Shown: positions 1-9,903, counted from the stretch's first letter. The stretch: 64,000 bases of DNA from an uncultured cyanobacterium (GCA_963740315.1 CAVUDP010000004.1:608001-672000), one strand, 5' to 3'. Program-made: numbers and translations. Notes: a model not told the origin generated them from the letters alone.

Positions 1-660
1 ATAATTCGGGATCGATCGCTCGCCAAGTTGAAAGCCCGATAACAAGTGTATTCGAGAACTACTTAAAAATATTCAGATTACCAATACAAAACCTTAAACC
101 GCTTCAATAATATAGTTAAGATGCTCTACACACGCGCAATATCTTACACAAATAACAACTATTTTTTTATTTTCTAAATAATTAATCCGATTGAATTTGA
201 CCAAAAAAAACCAAAATCAACCTTTATCGATCGTAAATACCGATTAACGTTATATCGCTTCCCTATATCGGCTCTTTGTGGTGATATAAACACTAGCCAC
301 TTTTCAGTTTGCTGCGCTAACCTTAGATAGTCTTTGGCACAAAGCACCCTATCAATTCTACCGATCGGTAGAGTTTGGTTAAGTTTTGTAAATGCTACAC
401 TACAATATGTCCATAGGTAGATGACTTTACTATAATTTCAAGTATGTCAAGTTTTAAACAAAATAGAAGTATTACACTTCCATAATCCGAAAAATTGCGC
501 TTAACTTGACGTAGCAAAGGACAGCTTCCAATTTCGGAAGCAAGCGAACAAAATAGACGAAATCTCCGTCAGGGTAAGAGGCTTCTCGTAAAAGTTGATT
601 TACCCCTGGTAGATGTTCGTTAATTAAATTAAAAACCCTCAAAGAGTTAGAGGAAAAAAA

Positions 661-1035
661 ATGAAGGTATTTAATGATACCACAAGAAATATATTCTTGG
701 CAAGTTGGGTATCAGTTAATCAAGAAGCTAGTGAAGCAAATTTAACCCCGCAGCAGAATCCGAGTATTAAGCCTCGATGCGATATTTTAAAACCCTTGCG
801 ACTTTGGATAGACAATATCGAAGTACGCGATCGCCAATTTGCACATCGCATTTGTAATATAATTCCGGCTCAATGTCCGTTTGAGCGAGATGTGAAGTTA
901 TTTGGTAGGACTTTGTTCCACATTCCTCCAATGTGCAAGCTCAACCCACTGTATGAAGAAGTGGTTGCCTTGCGTTTTCGAGGATTGTGCTATTTAGCTG
1001 ATGAATGTGGCGAGGACATTTCGCAGTATTGTTAA
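661..1035 (+). CDS. Mo-dependent nitrogenase C-terminal domain-containing protein
   Basis: Signature IPAQCPFERD..LFGR.LFHIPPMCKLNPLYE..V.LRFR.LCYLADECGEDI; RBS-like AGAGG upstream. Confidence 0.85.
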   Translation: MKVFNDTTRNIFLASWVSVNQEASEANLTPQQNPSIKPRCDILKPLRLWIDNIEVRDRQFAHRICNIIPAQCPFERDVKLFGRTLFHIPPMCKLNPLYEEVVALRFRGLCYLADECGEDISQYC

Positions 1036-1081
1036 AGGGCTGGGGTGAATAGAGACTAAAAAAGTTGTGTTTTTCCCGATA

Positions 1082-2836
1082 TTACTCTTTAGATTTTTCC
1101 CACTGTTGGATTAATTTTTGAGCTTCGGCATAAGCAGCTGTACCAACTGGAGCCAAAGTAGCGGTTGCGATTGCCGAAGAATATTGCTTGTTGTCGGCAC
1201 GAGTTTTAGCAAGCTTGATTATTTCTTGACTCCATTTATCGATAGATTCTTGCGCCATCGCGAAGCCCGGTTGAGTTGGGGGTATTCTTGTGGCAACTTC
1301 AATAGCACGATTGTAACTAGATGCTTGCTCCGGTTTAATTAGAGCTTGAGCGGCTTCTAAAAGAGTTTTATTACTTAAATATTGTTTGCGATCTCCTCGC
1401 CATTGTTTGATAGCTGCAAGAGAATCTTGATAATTTGATTCTTCTTTACCAATTAACTCAGCAGCAGCGATCGCGCTGGCATATTCCATATTTTCAGCAC
1501 GATTTTTTGCTAAATCTAAAATCATGCTGTTCCAAATTGTAATATTTTTCTGAGCTTGTTTATAGCCAGCTTCATCTTTTTTAACATTTTTGGCAGTTGC
1601 GATCGCTTTACTCAAGTCGCTAGCTCGATCGGGGTTGAGCGACATCTTTTCCAATTCCAACATTGCAATGCTCGTTTCTGGCTTGGAATTGTTACCTTGA
1701 GGCTTTTTCGATTTTTCTACTGCAAGATTACTTGGTAGAGGTTTGACAACCGTTACATCGTCGCTAATATTATCAGATGCTTGAAATATCTCTTCAAATT
1801 TAAAGCCAGATTGATTGCGTAGAAAAACTAATAAAAGTAATCCGCCAATTACTAAAGTACCCGCACCCCACAGCAGCAGCGAATTACCAAATGAATTTTT
1901 ACTCTTGACTTTTTCTTTGGTATTTTGGGTTGCGGTTGCAGAAATGGGATCGGTAGTAACGCTACGTGTTTCTGTTGGTACTGCCCCAACCTGGGGAAAA
2001 TTACTATTGTCTACTAGTTTTTCTTCAAGTGTTGGTGCTGGGCGTGCTGTAAAAGTTTCTCTCGAATCTACAATATTGAGTGGTTTCTCTGTATCGGTTT
2101 TGACTTGTTCTTGCTCAAATAAAGTTTGTTGCGGCGATGCAATAAAAGCGATAGGGTTTTGAGATGGTCGCCAATGATGCTGGCATAGTTCGGGAGTGCG
2201 ATCGCTCAAATAACTTTCCAATCCTGCCAAGTTATTGATATTGCCGTAACGCAAAGCTTCCAACAGCGCTGCTGTAAAAAAACCATGCCCTAATTCGCTA
2301 CTTTCATGAGAAAACTGCTCTGGTTGGCAAGAAAGTATCGTAGAGATTTGTAACTCCTTGGCTAATTCGATGGTTTCTAGCCCGATAGAAGAATCTGTCT
2401 TCATGCCAAAAGCGCGGTTAAAATCCAGGATTAATAATACTTCGAGTCCAGCAACCTGTAGAGTTTGCATCAACTGGCGCATTTCTATAGCAGTTTGTCT
2501 AATACGTTGGGAATCGCCTTCAATGGGCATCAAGTAATCTTGTCCCTCATAGCTGACACCATAACCGCTAAAGAAAAACCATACTTTATCTTCTGGTTGC
2601 CAAGAACTAGCAGCTAAATCTTCAAGTAGCTGAAGAATATTATTTTTTGTAGGTTTTGTCGATTTATCTCCCATAGGTACGGAAGTATCGGTCATTAACA
2701 GACACTGTTCATTCGTCCAACCTGGTTGTTGAACTAAAAAATCTCGTATTCCCTCGGCATCTGCTTGAGCATAACCTAAAGGTTGAAAATACTGATATTG
2801 ATTGATGCCAATCGCAATTGCCCATAGTTTTGCCAT
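1082..2836 (-). CDS. Caspase-family (peptidase C14) pseudo-orthocaspase with TM helix and C-terminal helical repeats
   Basis: WAIAIGINQY..L.YA..DA, FFFSGYG, ILDFNR, GHGFFTAALLEAL; hydrophobic segment LLLWGAGTLVIGGLLLLVFL. Confidence 0.85.
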   Translation of the reverse strand: MAKLWAIAIGINQYQYFQPLGYAQADAEGIRDFLVQQPGWTNEQCLLMTDTSVPMGDKSTKPTKNNILQLLEDLAASSWQPEDKVWFFFSGYGVSYEGQDYLMPIEGDSQRIRQTAIEMRQLMQTLQVAGLEVLLILDFNRAFGMKTDSSIGLETIELAKELQISTILSCQPEQFSHESSELGHGFFTAALLEALRYGNINNLAGLESYLSDRTPELCQHHWRPSQNPIAFIASPQQTLFEQEQVKTDTEKPLNIVDSRETFTARPAPTLEEKLVDNSNFPQVGAVPTETRSVTTDPISATATQNTKEKVKSKNSFGNSLLLWGAGTLVIGGLLLLVFLRNQSGFKFEEIFQASDNISDDVTVVKPLPSNLAVEKSKKPQGNNSKPETSIAMLELEKMSLNPDRASDLSKAIATAKNVKKDEAGYKQAQKNITIWNSMILDLAKNRAENMEYASAIAAAELIGKEESNYQDSLAAIKQWRGDRKQYLSNKTLLEAAQALIKPEQASSYNRAIEVATRIPPTQPGFAMAQESIDKWSQEIIKLAKTRADNKQYSSAIATATLAPVGTAAYAEAQKLIQQWEKSKE

Positions 2837-3090
2837 GCGCCCTTTCTAATTATTAGGAACTTAATATAAATAAACTAAACAGTACTATACAGTGCTAATC
2901 CTTGAGAGCTAAGTACTGTGAAGCCTAATTAATGTAATTTGCTGATGCTAAAAAACAAAGCTAACCTATGTCTATAGTCTAAGTGATTCTCATCAGACTT
3001 TAAGATGGGAGGTCATTATTATTACTCGATTCCATAAAAGCACTTTTGTTAATAGTGCGTTGATTTATCGCCTTTTCATAGGAGCCTATA

Positions 3091-3720
3091 ATGGTCGGCA
3101 AAAATTTGTTAAGAATAAACACATTCATTCCACTTATGCCATCAATCGTAAAGAAAATCCGGATAACTAATGCCGTACTTTTGCTGAGTACAGCCGTACC
3201 GATGTGGTTGGGATCGGAAGCTATTATCCCTCAAATAGCTCAAGCTTATACCAGTAGAGTTGATTTAGAAATCACTCGTCTACCGGGAGACAATTACCAA
3301 AGCTTGTTGCGGAGAGCCGAAGCAGTCGCAAGAGCCGCAGCTCAACGTAGCTTCGATAAAGATATTTTAGTCACAGACGTATCAATAGTTATTTCCGCAC
3401 AAAATTTTGGTGCGATCGCGCCTGTTTTGGAATTAAACGTTAGTCGTACTCAATGGCGCAATCGTCCAGATACACAACGTTGGGCAAAGTACTTCAAAAT
3501 GGCACGAACGCTACTATTTTTCGGAGAAAGTGCGAAAAATACTGCCTCGAATGGCGAAAACAACGCTGTGGAAGAGGCTTCACCGCCACCACCGGAGATT
3601 CCTAATTCTGTTGAAGAAACCCCACCAGAACCACCGGAGATTCCTAATTCTGTTGAAGAAACCCCACCAGAACCACTTGAGACAGTGCCAATTCCCATTC
3701 CGCAGCTTGAAGTGGAATAA
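3091..3720 (+). CDS. Conserved cyanobacterial exported hypothetical protein with Pro/Glu-rich tail
   Basis: Signal-like N-terminus ending AQA; RRAEAVARAAAQRSFD motif; start uncertain. Confidence 0.7.
   Translation: MVGKNLLRINTFIPLMPSIVKKIRITNAVLLLSTAVPMWLGSEAIIPQIAQAYTSRVDLEITRLPGDNYQSLLRRAEAVARAAAQRSFDKDILVTDVSIVISAQNFGAIAPVLELNVSRTQWRNRPDTQRWAKYFKMARTLLFFGESAKNTASNGENNAVEEASPPPPEIPNSVEETPPEPPEIPNSVEETPPEPLETVPIPIPQLEVE
3589..3676 (+). repeat. 42-bp intragenic tandem duplication (PPEIPNSVEETPPE x2)
   Basis: Two identical copies of ccaccggagattcctaattctgttgaagaaaccccaccagaa. Confidence 0.9.
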
Positions 3721-3843
3721 ATAAAATAGTGCTGTAGGTTTTTCTCGCTTAGAGTAGCGATCGCCCCTTGAAGAAAAGGGGAGCTATTAAGCAATTCATG
3801 CCTTAGAATAAAAAGGTTGTCAAAAATTACGGTATCTGCTTTT

Positions 3844-4014
3844 ATGGCTGTTCCAAAGAAGAAAACATCCAAATCCCGAAGGGATAAACGTCGAGCAACT
3901 TGGAGACACAAAGCGACTGTTGAAGCTCAAAAAGCTCTTTCGCTTGGTAAGTCAATTTTGACCGGACGCTCTACATTTGTTTATCCATCTGAAGAGGAAG
4001 AAGAGGAAGAGTAA
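3844..4014 (+). CDS. rpmF: 50S ribosomal protein L32
   Basis: [19 protein letters not shown]; start moved to ATG 3844. Confidence 0.95.
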   Translation: MAVPKKKTSKSRRDKRRATWRHKATVEAQKALSLGKSILTGRSTFVYPSEEEEEEE

Positions 4015-4253
4015 TTCGCCTATAATTTCTAAGTTTAGTAATTATTCAATCGCCAACAGGATTTTAGACTTACGATTATGGAAAACCATAAGACAGAAAC
4101 CGTCTTGCTTGAAATCACAATCTAAAATCCTGTTTGGTAAAATCTAAATCTTCTAAGTCTTACTACAAAAGATAAATTGTTTGTGATGCAAGAATTTATT
4201 TAAAACTATTCAAAAATATATTATTATCTACAAAAAAATATTTACACAAAACC

Positions 4254-4850
4254 ATGCTGGGAAAGTTTTTTCAAAAGCCGACTTCTGAAGATAGCGATCG
4301 CGTTCCTCCCGGACAGCATTTAGCTAAGGGTTTTCCCGTGCTTACTTATGGTGCGACTCCCCAAGTTAGTACGAAGGAATGGGAATTTAGCGTATGGGGT
4401 TTGGTAAAACCTCAAAAATGGAACTGGTCGGATTTTATGGAACTACCCCATCACGAGTTTACAGCCGACTTCCACTGTGTAACCCGGTGGTCGAAACTTG
4501 ATGTCAAGTGGACTGGAATTAAAGTCACAGACTTGATGAAAGTTCTTGAGGTAGATTCCTCTTCGACTCATATCATGGAACATTGCTATGGCGGCTACAC
4601 TACTAATATTGCAATAGAAGACTTTATACGAGAAGAAAACTTTTTTGCTTTTAAATTATTTGGCGAACCTTTAAGCGCCGAACACGGTGGTCCGATGCGG
4701 TTAGTGGTTCCTCACCTTTATGCTTGGAAAAGTGCTAAATGGATCGATGGTTTAGAATTTTTAGACCATGAAGAATTAGGTTTTTGGGAACGTAACGGTT
4801 ATCATCGTCGCGGCGAACCTTTTAAGGAAGAACGATATAGCGGATTTTAG
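4254..4850 (+). CDS. Sulfite oxidase-like molybdopterin-binding oxidoreductase
   Basis: RVPPGQ, DFHCVTRWS, HGGPMRLVVPHLYAWKSAKW, GFWE.NGYH. Confidence 0.9.
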   Translation: MLGKFFQKPTSEDSDRVPPGQHLAKGFPVLTYGATPQVSTKEWEFSVWGLVKPQKWNWSDFMELPHHEFTADFHCVTRWSKLDVKWTGIKVTDLMKVLEVDSSSTHIMEHCYGGYTTNIAIEDFIREENFFAFKLFGEPLSAEHGGPMRLVVPHLYAWKSAKWIDGLEFLDHEELGFWERNGYHRRGEPFKEERYSGF

Positions 4851-4860
4851 GAGTTAGCAG

Positions 4861-5069
4861 TTAGGAGTTAGGAGTTATTTGATTTTAGATTTTAGACTTT
4901 AGATTTTAACAACGGATGCTTTTGTTTTGGATTGGAAATATGAATTAAGAGTTAGGAATTAGAAGTTAAGAATTTTAATTTCCCCTTGTCCCCTTGTCTC
5001 CTTGTCCCCATCTCCCCATCCCCCCATCTCCCCATCCCCCCCTCTCCCCATCCCCTCATCTCCCCATCT
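4861..5069. repeat. Composite STRR block (TTAGGAG, ATTTTAG, TCCCCATC units); left arm of ~170-bp inverted repeat
   Basis: 4861-5030 is the reverse complement of 6470-6639. Confidence 0.85.
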
Positions 5070-6443
5070 CTATCCAAAAATCCGCCTTAGTAACGACAAT
5101 TTATTTTTATAGGGTGGATACAATAATTTTACGTCTAATAGAAAAGGTTTTTTAAGTACGCTTTTGTAGTGGGAAAAGGTGTCAAAACCGGCTTTACCAT
5201 GATAGCTACCAATACCGCTATTTCCTATACCGCCAAATGGTAAAGATGGAACGGCGTAATGAATTATTGTGTGGTTAATACAGCCTCCACCAAAGGAAGT
5301 TTCTTCTATTATCCGTTTTTGCAAATTTTGATTTTGGGAAAATAAATATAACGCTAAGGGTTTTGGTTGAGAGTTGATTATATTGATGGCTTCTGCGATC
5401 TCGGTAAATTCAATTACTGGTAAAATTGGACCAAAAATTTCTTGTTGCATTACCGTGTCTTCCCAAGAAACGCTATCAATTAAAGTCGGAGCAATATAAC
5501 GCTCTTCAGAAACTGTTTCGCCACCAATAATTATTTTTCCATCTTTTAAATCTTTTAAATAACTTACCAATCTATCAAATTGCTTTTGATTGATGATTCT
5601 GGCGTAATCGGGACTTTTTGCGGGATCTTCACCGTAAAATTCCTGAAGACATTTTTTGATTTCATCTAATAAATTATTTTTGATTTTGCGATCGACTAAA
5701 AGATAGTCTGGTGCAAGACAACTTTGTCCGGCGTTAAAGAATTTTCCCCAAGTTATGCGTCTGGCGGCGATTTTAAGATCGATGTCGGTATCTACAATGC
5801 AAGGAGATTTTCCACCAAGTTCTAATGTCACAGGTGTAAGATATTTTGCGGCGGCTTCCATGACAATTTTGCCGACAGCAGTACCGCCAGTAAAAAATAT
5901 ATGGTCGAACTTTTCTGCTAATAATTGCTGGGAAGTTTCTACTCCTCCTTCTATTACCGCTAAATACGATTTTTCAAAATACTTATCAAAAATTTCAGCG
6001 ACGAGATTAGAAGTGTGAGAAGCAATTTCTGAAGGTTTGAGGATTGCACAATTACCAGCGGCGATCGCACCAATCAAAGGTGCGAGAACTAATTGAAATG
6101 GATAGTTCCAAGCACCAATAATTAAAACTACACCTAAAGGTTCTGGATAAATTTTTGCTGAAGCTGGAATGAATTGCCAAGGAATTTCTGCTTTTTTGGG
6201 TTTAGTCCAACTTTTTATATGTTTGATAGCATATTCAATCTCTTTTACAACTAAGACTATTTCTGCGGTAAAACTTTCTTCTAACGGCTTGTTTAGATCG
6301 GCTTTTAATGCATTAAAAATCGCTGTTTCATTATCAACGATCGCTTGTTTGAGAGTTTTTAACTGCTGAATGCGAAAATAAATTTCTTTGGTTTTACCAG
6401 TTTGAAAAAAATCGCGTTGGTTGTGGATTGTTTCAGCAAACAT
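5070..6443 (-). CDS. Aldehyde dehydrogenase (class 3 / fatty aldehyde type)
   Basis: PLGVVLIIGAWNYP, FFTGG, LELGGKSP, NAGQSC, EIFGP; start at ATG 6443 because the upstream extension is repeat DNA. Confidence 0.92.
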   Translation of the reverse strand: MFAETIHNQRDFFQTGKTKEIYFRIQQLKTLKQAIVDNETAIFNALKADLNKPLEESFTAEIVLVVKEIEYAIKHIKSWTKPKKAEIPWQFIPASAKIYPEPLGVVLIIGAWNYPFQLVLAPLIGAIAAGNCAILKPSEIASHTSNLVAEIFDKYFEKSYLAVIEGGVETSQQLLAEKFDHIFFTGGTAVGKIVMEAAAKYLTPVTLELGGKSPCIVDTDIDLKIAARRITWGKFFNAGQSCLAPDYLLVDRKIKNNLLDEIKKCLQEFYGEDPAKSPDYARIINQKQFDRLVSYLKDLKDGKIIIGGETVSEERYIAPTLIDSVSWEDTVMQQEIFGPILPVIEFTEIAEAINIINSQPKPLALYLFSQNQNLQKRIIEETSFGGGCINHTIIHYAVPSLPFGGIGNSGIGSYHGKAGFDTFSHYKSVLKKPFLLDVKLLYPPYKNKLSLLRRIFG

Positions 6444-6469
6444 GAAGAATAGGGAATAGGGAGAGGGGG

Positions 6470-6726
6470 TAGAGGGGGAGATAGGGAGACAAGGAGACAA
6501 GGAGACAAGGAGAAATTAAAATTCTTAACTCCGGTGGTTCTAACTCTTAACTCATATTTCCAATCCAAAACAAAACAAATGCATCCGTTGTTAAAATTTA
6601 GAATCTAGAATCTAAAATCAAATAACTCCTCACTCCTAAAGGTTACTGAGCTTGTCGAAGTACTCCTAACTCATAATATTTAATCCAAAATAAAAGCATC
6701 CGTTGTTAAAATTCAAAATCTAAAAT
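6470..6726. repeat. Composite STRR block; right arm of inverted repeat plus a further partial copy and a CTTCGACAAGCTCAG-type repeat
   Basis: Matches 4861-5030 in reverse; aatccaaaa..gcatccgttgttaaaat occurs twice. Confidence 0.8.
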
Positions 6727-7824
6727 TTACTGTTTCATCGGTAAAGTAACGGTAAAAACGCTACCTTTGCCGATTTCGGAATTAACTTTAATATTACCTT
6801 GATGAGCTTCAACAATACGCCGAGAAAGATATAATCCTAAACCGCTACCAGAACGTTTGTGACTTCCAGGACGAAATCTTTCAAATAAAGTGGCTTGTTG
6901 ATGGGGGGATATACCTTGTCCGGTATCGACGAATTTCAGAGTTATAGCGCCGCAATCGGTTGAATCGGAGTCCAAACAGATCGTAACCGAGCCATTATCG
7001 GTAAATTTGATTGCATTCCCTACTAAATTAGTTAATAATCGATGTAATTCTAGGCGATCGCCCATTACTTTAGTGGCATTTTCAGCTTGTACATCCGCTT
7101 TAATTACCACTCCTTTTTGTTCTGCTAAGGGAGTCAATTCACTCGCTACTTCCTTAATTAACTGGCTTATATCAACTGGTTGAAATGCTAAGGTTTTACG
7201 TCCGGCTTCAAAACGGTAAACTTCTAATAGAGTATTTACCATTGCTAACAGATTGCTGTTAGAACGAGCCATGATGGTAAGTGCTTCTTGCATTGACGGT
7301 GAAAGTTCCCCCAAAGCACCTTCGAGAAACAGGATCATCATTCGTTCCTCTGCTACCAAGGGAGTGCGTAAATCATGAGTAAGACGAGAAACAAAATCTT
7401 CTCGCTGACGAGCAATTTCATCCCGTTCATCAATACTGTGCTTGAGTCGGAGGAGCGATCGCACTCTCGCAAGTAATTCATCTACCGTTACAGGTTTGCG
7501 AATGAAATCATCAGCACCCAAATCCAACCCGTGAGCCACATTCGGCGAATCGTGAGCGGTAATTAATAAAATTGGAATAAAAGATAGCTCCGCATTTCCT
7601 CGGATATGCTTAGTTACCTCATAACCATCCATTCCCGGCATCATTAAATCTAACAATATTAAATCAAACGTTGATTCTGCAATTTTAGTTAATGCAGAAG
7701 AGCCATTTTCCGCCGTACTAACTTCATAACCTTCTTCCTCCAAAATAGTTTTGATCAAGAAGACATTATCAGGAGAATCATCAACAACTAGGATTTTGTC
7801 AAATGTAGAATTGTCAGAATTCAT
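6727..7824 (-). CDS. Hybrid response regulator / histidine kinase
   Basis: Receiver ILVVDD..DLMMPGMDG..KP; THDLRTPL; NLVGNAIKFT; DTGQG; GSGLGL. Confidence 0.92.
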   Translation of the reverse strand: MNSDNSTFDKILVVDDSPDNVFLIKTILEEEGYEVSTAENGSSALTKIAESTFDLILLDLMMPGMDGYEVTKHIRGNAELSFIPILLITAHDSPNVAHGLDLGADDFIRKPVTVDELLARVRSLLRLKHSIDERDEIARQREDFVSRLTHDLRTPLVAEERMMILFLEGALGELSPSMQEALTIMARSNSNLLAMVNTLLEVYRFEAGRKTLAFQPVDISQLIKEVASELTPLAEQKGVVIKADVQAENATKVMGDRLELHRLLTNLVGNAIKFTDNGSVTICLDSDSTDCGAITLKFVDTGQGISPHQQATLFERFRPGSHKRSGSGLGLYLSRRIVEAHQGNIKVNSEIGKGSVFTVTLPMKQ

Positions 7825-8162
7825 AGTTTAGTAAAAGGTTAATATAATTTGTTTGGATTAAAACAGTTAAATTTGGGTTAATCAAAATTCTGCTATTTCG
7901 GATAACTTTCTATGATTAAACAAATATTAAAATAATGCGAATATGATGATAATTTCTTTTACTACAAAATACTTATTTATTTGGAGTTATTATAATGAAT
8001 ATAAAATTTATTGCAGTGATAAGAATCACTATACAAACTTATGTATGATTTTTTTAAATTAAAATAAGCCTTAAAGATAGTAGCATAATAAACCAAAACT
8101 GTAGTTAAATAAGTATTGATAACCACTAAATTAGCTTGTGCAATTAAAGTAAAGTATGTACG

Positions 8163-8333
8163 TCAACGCATACAAGCAGGTGAGGTTGGTATCCCGTTGG
8201 AGAGCGATATTAGCAGCTTGCGACGTTGTACGTATTCGCGCAAAGCTTCAACTACGGCACCTTCAGTTTGGTAATTTCCTAGTTATAAAGCTTCTTGTAT
8301 TAAATTTTCATCTATTTGAAGACTGAGATTCAT
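8163..8333 (-). pseudogene. VapB-like (DUF2191-type) antitoxin pseudogene
   Basis: Manual translation MNLSLQIDENLIQEAL*LGNYQTEGAVVEALREYVQRRK; in-frame TAA at 8285-8283. Confidence 0.6.
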
Positions 8334-8560
8334 TTACCTACATCAAATTTTTTTTGTTTATAAATTGCGCTTTGCAAAACTTTTTGAAAATCTTCAAAAT
8401 CGGCAACGATAATCGAATTTGTAAAAAGCTTTTCTAATACCGATTCGTCATCTATCGCCGCGATCGTCTGTACAACTTCCTCTGGCACTTGTTTAAACCT
8501 TGTTTGCACAATTTTAATTACATTTGCTCGTGCTTTTTCAAGGTTTGTTACGTCATTCAT
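8330..8560 (-). CDS. Small protein resembling the C-terminal domain of Rpn/DUF4351-like proteins
   Basis: VIKIVQTRFKQVPEEVVQTIAAIDDESVLEKL..I...FEDF pattern. Confidence 0.55.
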   Translation of the reverse strand: MNDVTNLEKARANVIKIVQTRFKQVPEEVVQTIAAIDDESVLEKLFTNSIIVADFEDFQKVLQSAIYKQKKFDVGK

Positions 8561-8602
8561 TTTGCAAAATTTCTCATCATTTTTAAGTTCAGCAATGAGG
8601 CG

Positions 8603-9346
8603 TTACTCTTCAGGTTCAATTCCCGCAGCCCTTAATTGTTGCGCCAATCTTTCAGCACGTTGACTTAGTGCTTCGGCTCGTTGGCTTTCTGCTTCCGCAC
8701 GTTGACGCTCCTTAATTGCTAACTCCGAACCCCACAATAATAGTTCGTAATTTTCATTCCACCAGCGCAACCAATAGCCCGTGCGGTTTTCTCGCATACC
8801 TTGCCATACACCGAGAGAAAGCTGCATTTGAGCAATCCAATAACGATTATTTGCATCTGCTGTTTGCAATTTATATTGTCCCGAATCATCTAATTGATAG
8901 ACTTCTAATCCGGTATCTGGCTCAAAAATTGCGTAGTTGGGAACTTGTAAAATTTGTTCGTAAAAAAACCATTTCCCTGGAGGATAGGTTGGTTTACTCG
9001 AATATTCTCCACCTTCGGTATCCGATAGAAATTCCATTACAATTACTGGAATATCTCCTTGGAGTCGTGGGGTATAACTCCGCTTTACCTCTTCTCGCGA
9101 TTTGATTGATGGTACATATGCCCAATCTGGTGCTTTGACTACAAACTTATTATTCAACTTCGCGCAAATACCGTAATTAGTTGTAGTTAAAGCATTCGCT
9201 GGTAATTTTCCAGCTATTTCCAAACTTTCTGTTAAAGCCGCAGCTAATAAAGGTTGATTAATATTGTCCACTGGTTCGTCATCTAATACAAAATCATCGG
9301 GTAGTTTTTCCCAGGTAATTTCATGGGTGGTTGAAGTTGTTAGCAT
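8603..9346 (-). CDS. Uma2 family endonuclease
   Basis: WEKLPDDFVL.DEPVDN, APDW, VMEFLS, C-terminal AERLAQQLRAAGIEP. Confidence 0.88.
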   Translation of the reverse strand: MLTTSTTHEITWEKLPDDFVLDDEPVDNINQPLLAAALTESLEIAGKLPANALTTTNYGICAKLNNKFVVKAPDWAYVPSIKSREEVKRSYTPRLQGDIPVIVMEFLSDTEGGEYSSKPTYPPGKWFFYEQILQVPNYAIFEPDTGLEVYQLDDSGQYKLQTADANNRYWIAQMQLSLGVWQGMRENRTGYWLRWWNENYELLLWGSELAIKERQRAEAESQRAEALSQRAERLAQQLRAAGIEPEE

Positions 9347-9414
9347 AATTAGCCTACCTTATAAATAGTCTCGCTTAATTTGTATTTTAATAAAATTGGA
9401 AAACTAATTCAAAA

Positions 9415-9846
9415 ATGTTTAATCAAGGTAAATATATAGAAAAACTAATTAGACAATTACATTGTAGAAAACTTCCTGATGATGTCGCACGTAAATTATT
9501 TAAGCTTAATGAATTTGCTTACAATTATTTATTTGATAAATTGGATGATAAAACGCTGACGGATTATGAATTACATAATATTATTTTAGTTTTAAAGCAA
9601 ATGATGTATCAAGATTACGTTGACCAGCAATTATTTGTAGAAAAAATATTATCTCTTACCTTAGATGAAAGAATTAGCGTTAGAACTAATTCATGTATTT
9701 TAGCTACCATACTATTTAATCAACAGAAGACAGCATTGGTAAAATATTCAATTGAGCGCGAAACGTTAAGGACGTATTTAGAAAAAGTATTGGAAATGGG
9801 TTTACCTAAAGTTCATATCGATTATTTACAACTTTTTATTAAGTAA
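9415..9846 (+). CDS. Hypothetical protein
   Basis: 143-aa ATG-initiated AT-rich ORF, no recognised motif. Confidence 0.55.
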   Translation: MFNQGKYIEKLIRQLHCRKLPDDVARKLFKLNEFAYNYLFDKLDDKTLTDYELHNIILVLKQMMYQDYVDQQLFVEKILSLTLDERISVRTNSCILATILFNQQKTALVKYSIERETLRTYLEKVLEMGLPKVHIDYLQLFIK

Positions 9847-9855
9847 TTGAAATAT

Positions 9856-9889
9856 GGTGCCGTACTCTCCTACTAACAGCACCCTACAA
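9856..9889 (-). repeat. GTAG-type REP
   Basis: Reverse strand GTAGGGTGCTGT..ACGGCACC hairpin. Confidence 0.6.
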
Positions 9890-9903
9890 TTAATTTCTCC
9901 TAT

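Noticed and set aside
661..1035. Nitrogen-fixation locus
   Set aside because: The domain name is historical; no nif genes are in the window.
4076..4105. c-di-GMP-I riboswitch resemblance (hairpin followed by GACAGAAA)
   Set aside because: Lacks the GGCAAA lead-in and the proper second stem.
6444..6568. N-terminal extension of ALDH and ORF 6359-6568
   Set aside because: Translated STRR repeat DNA; the real start is likely ATG 6443.
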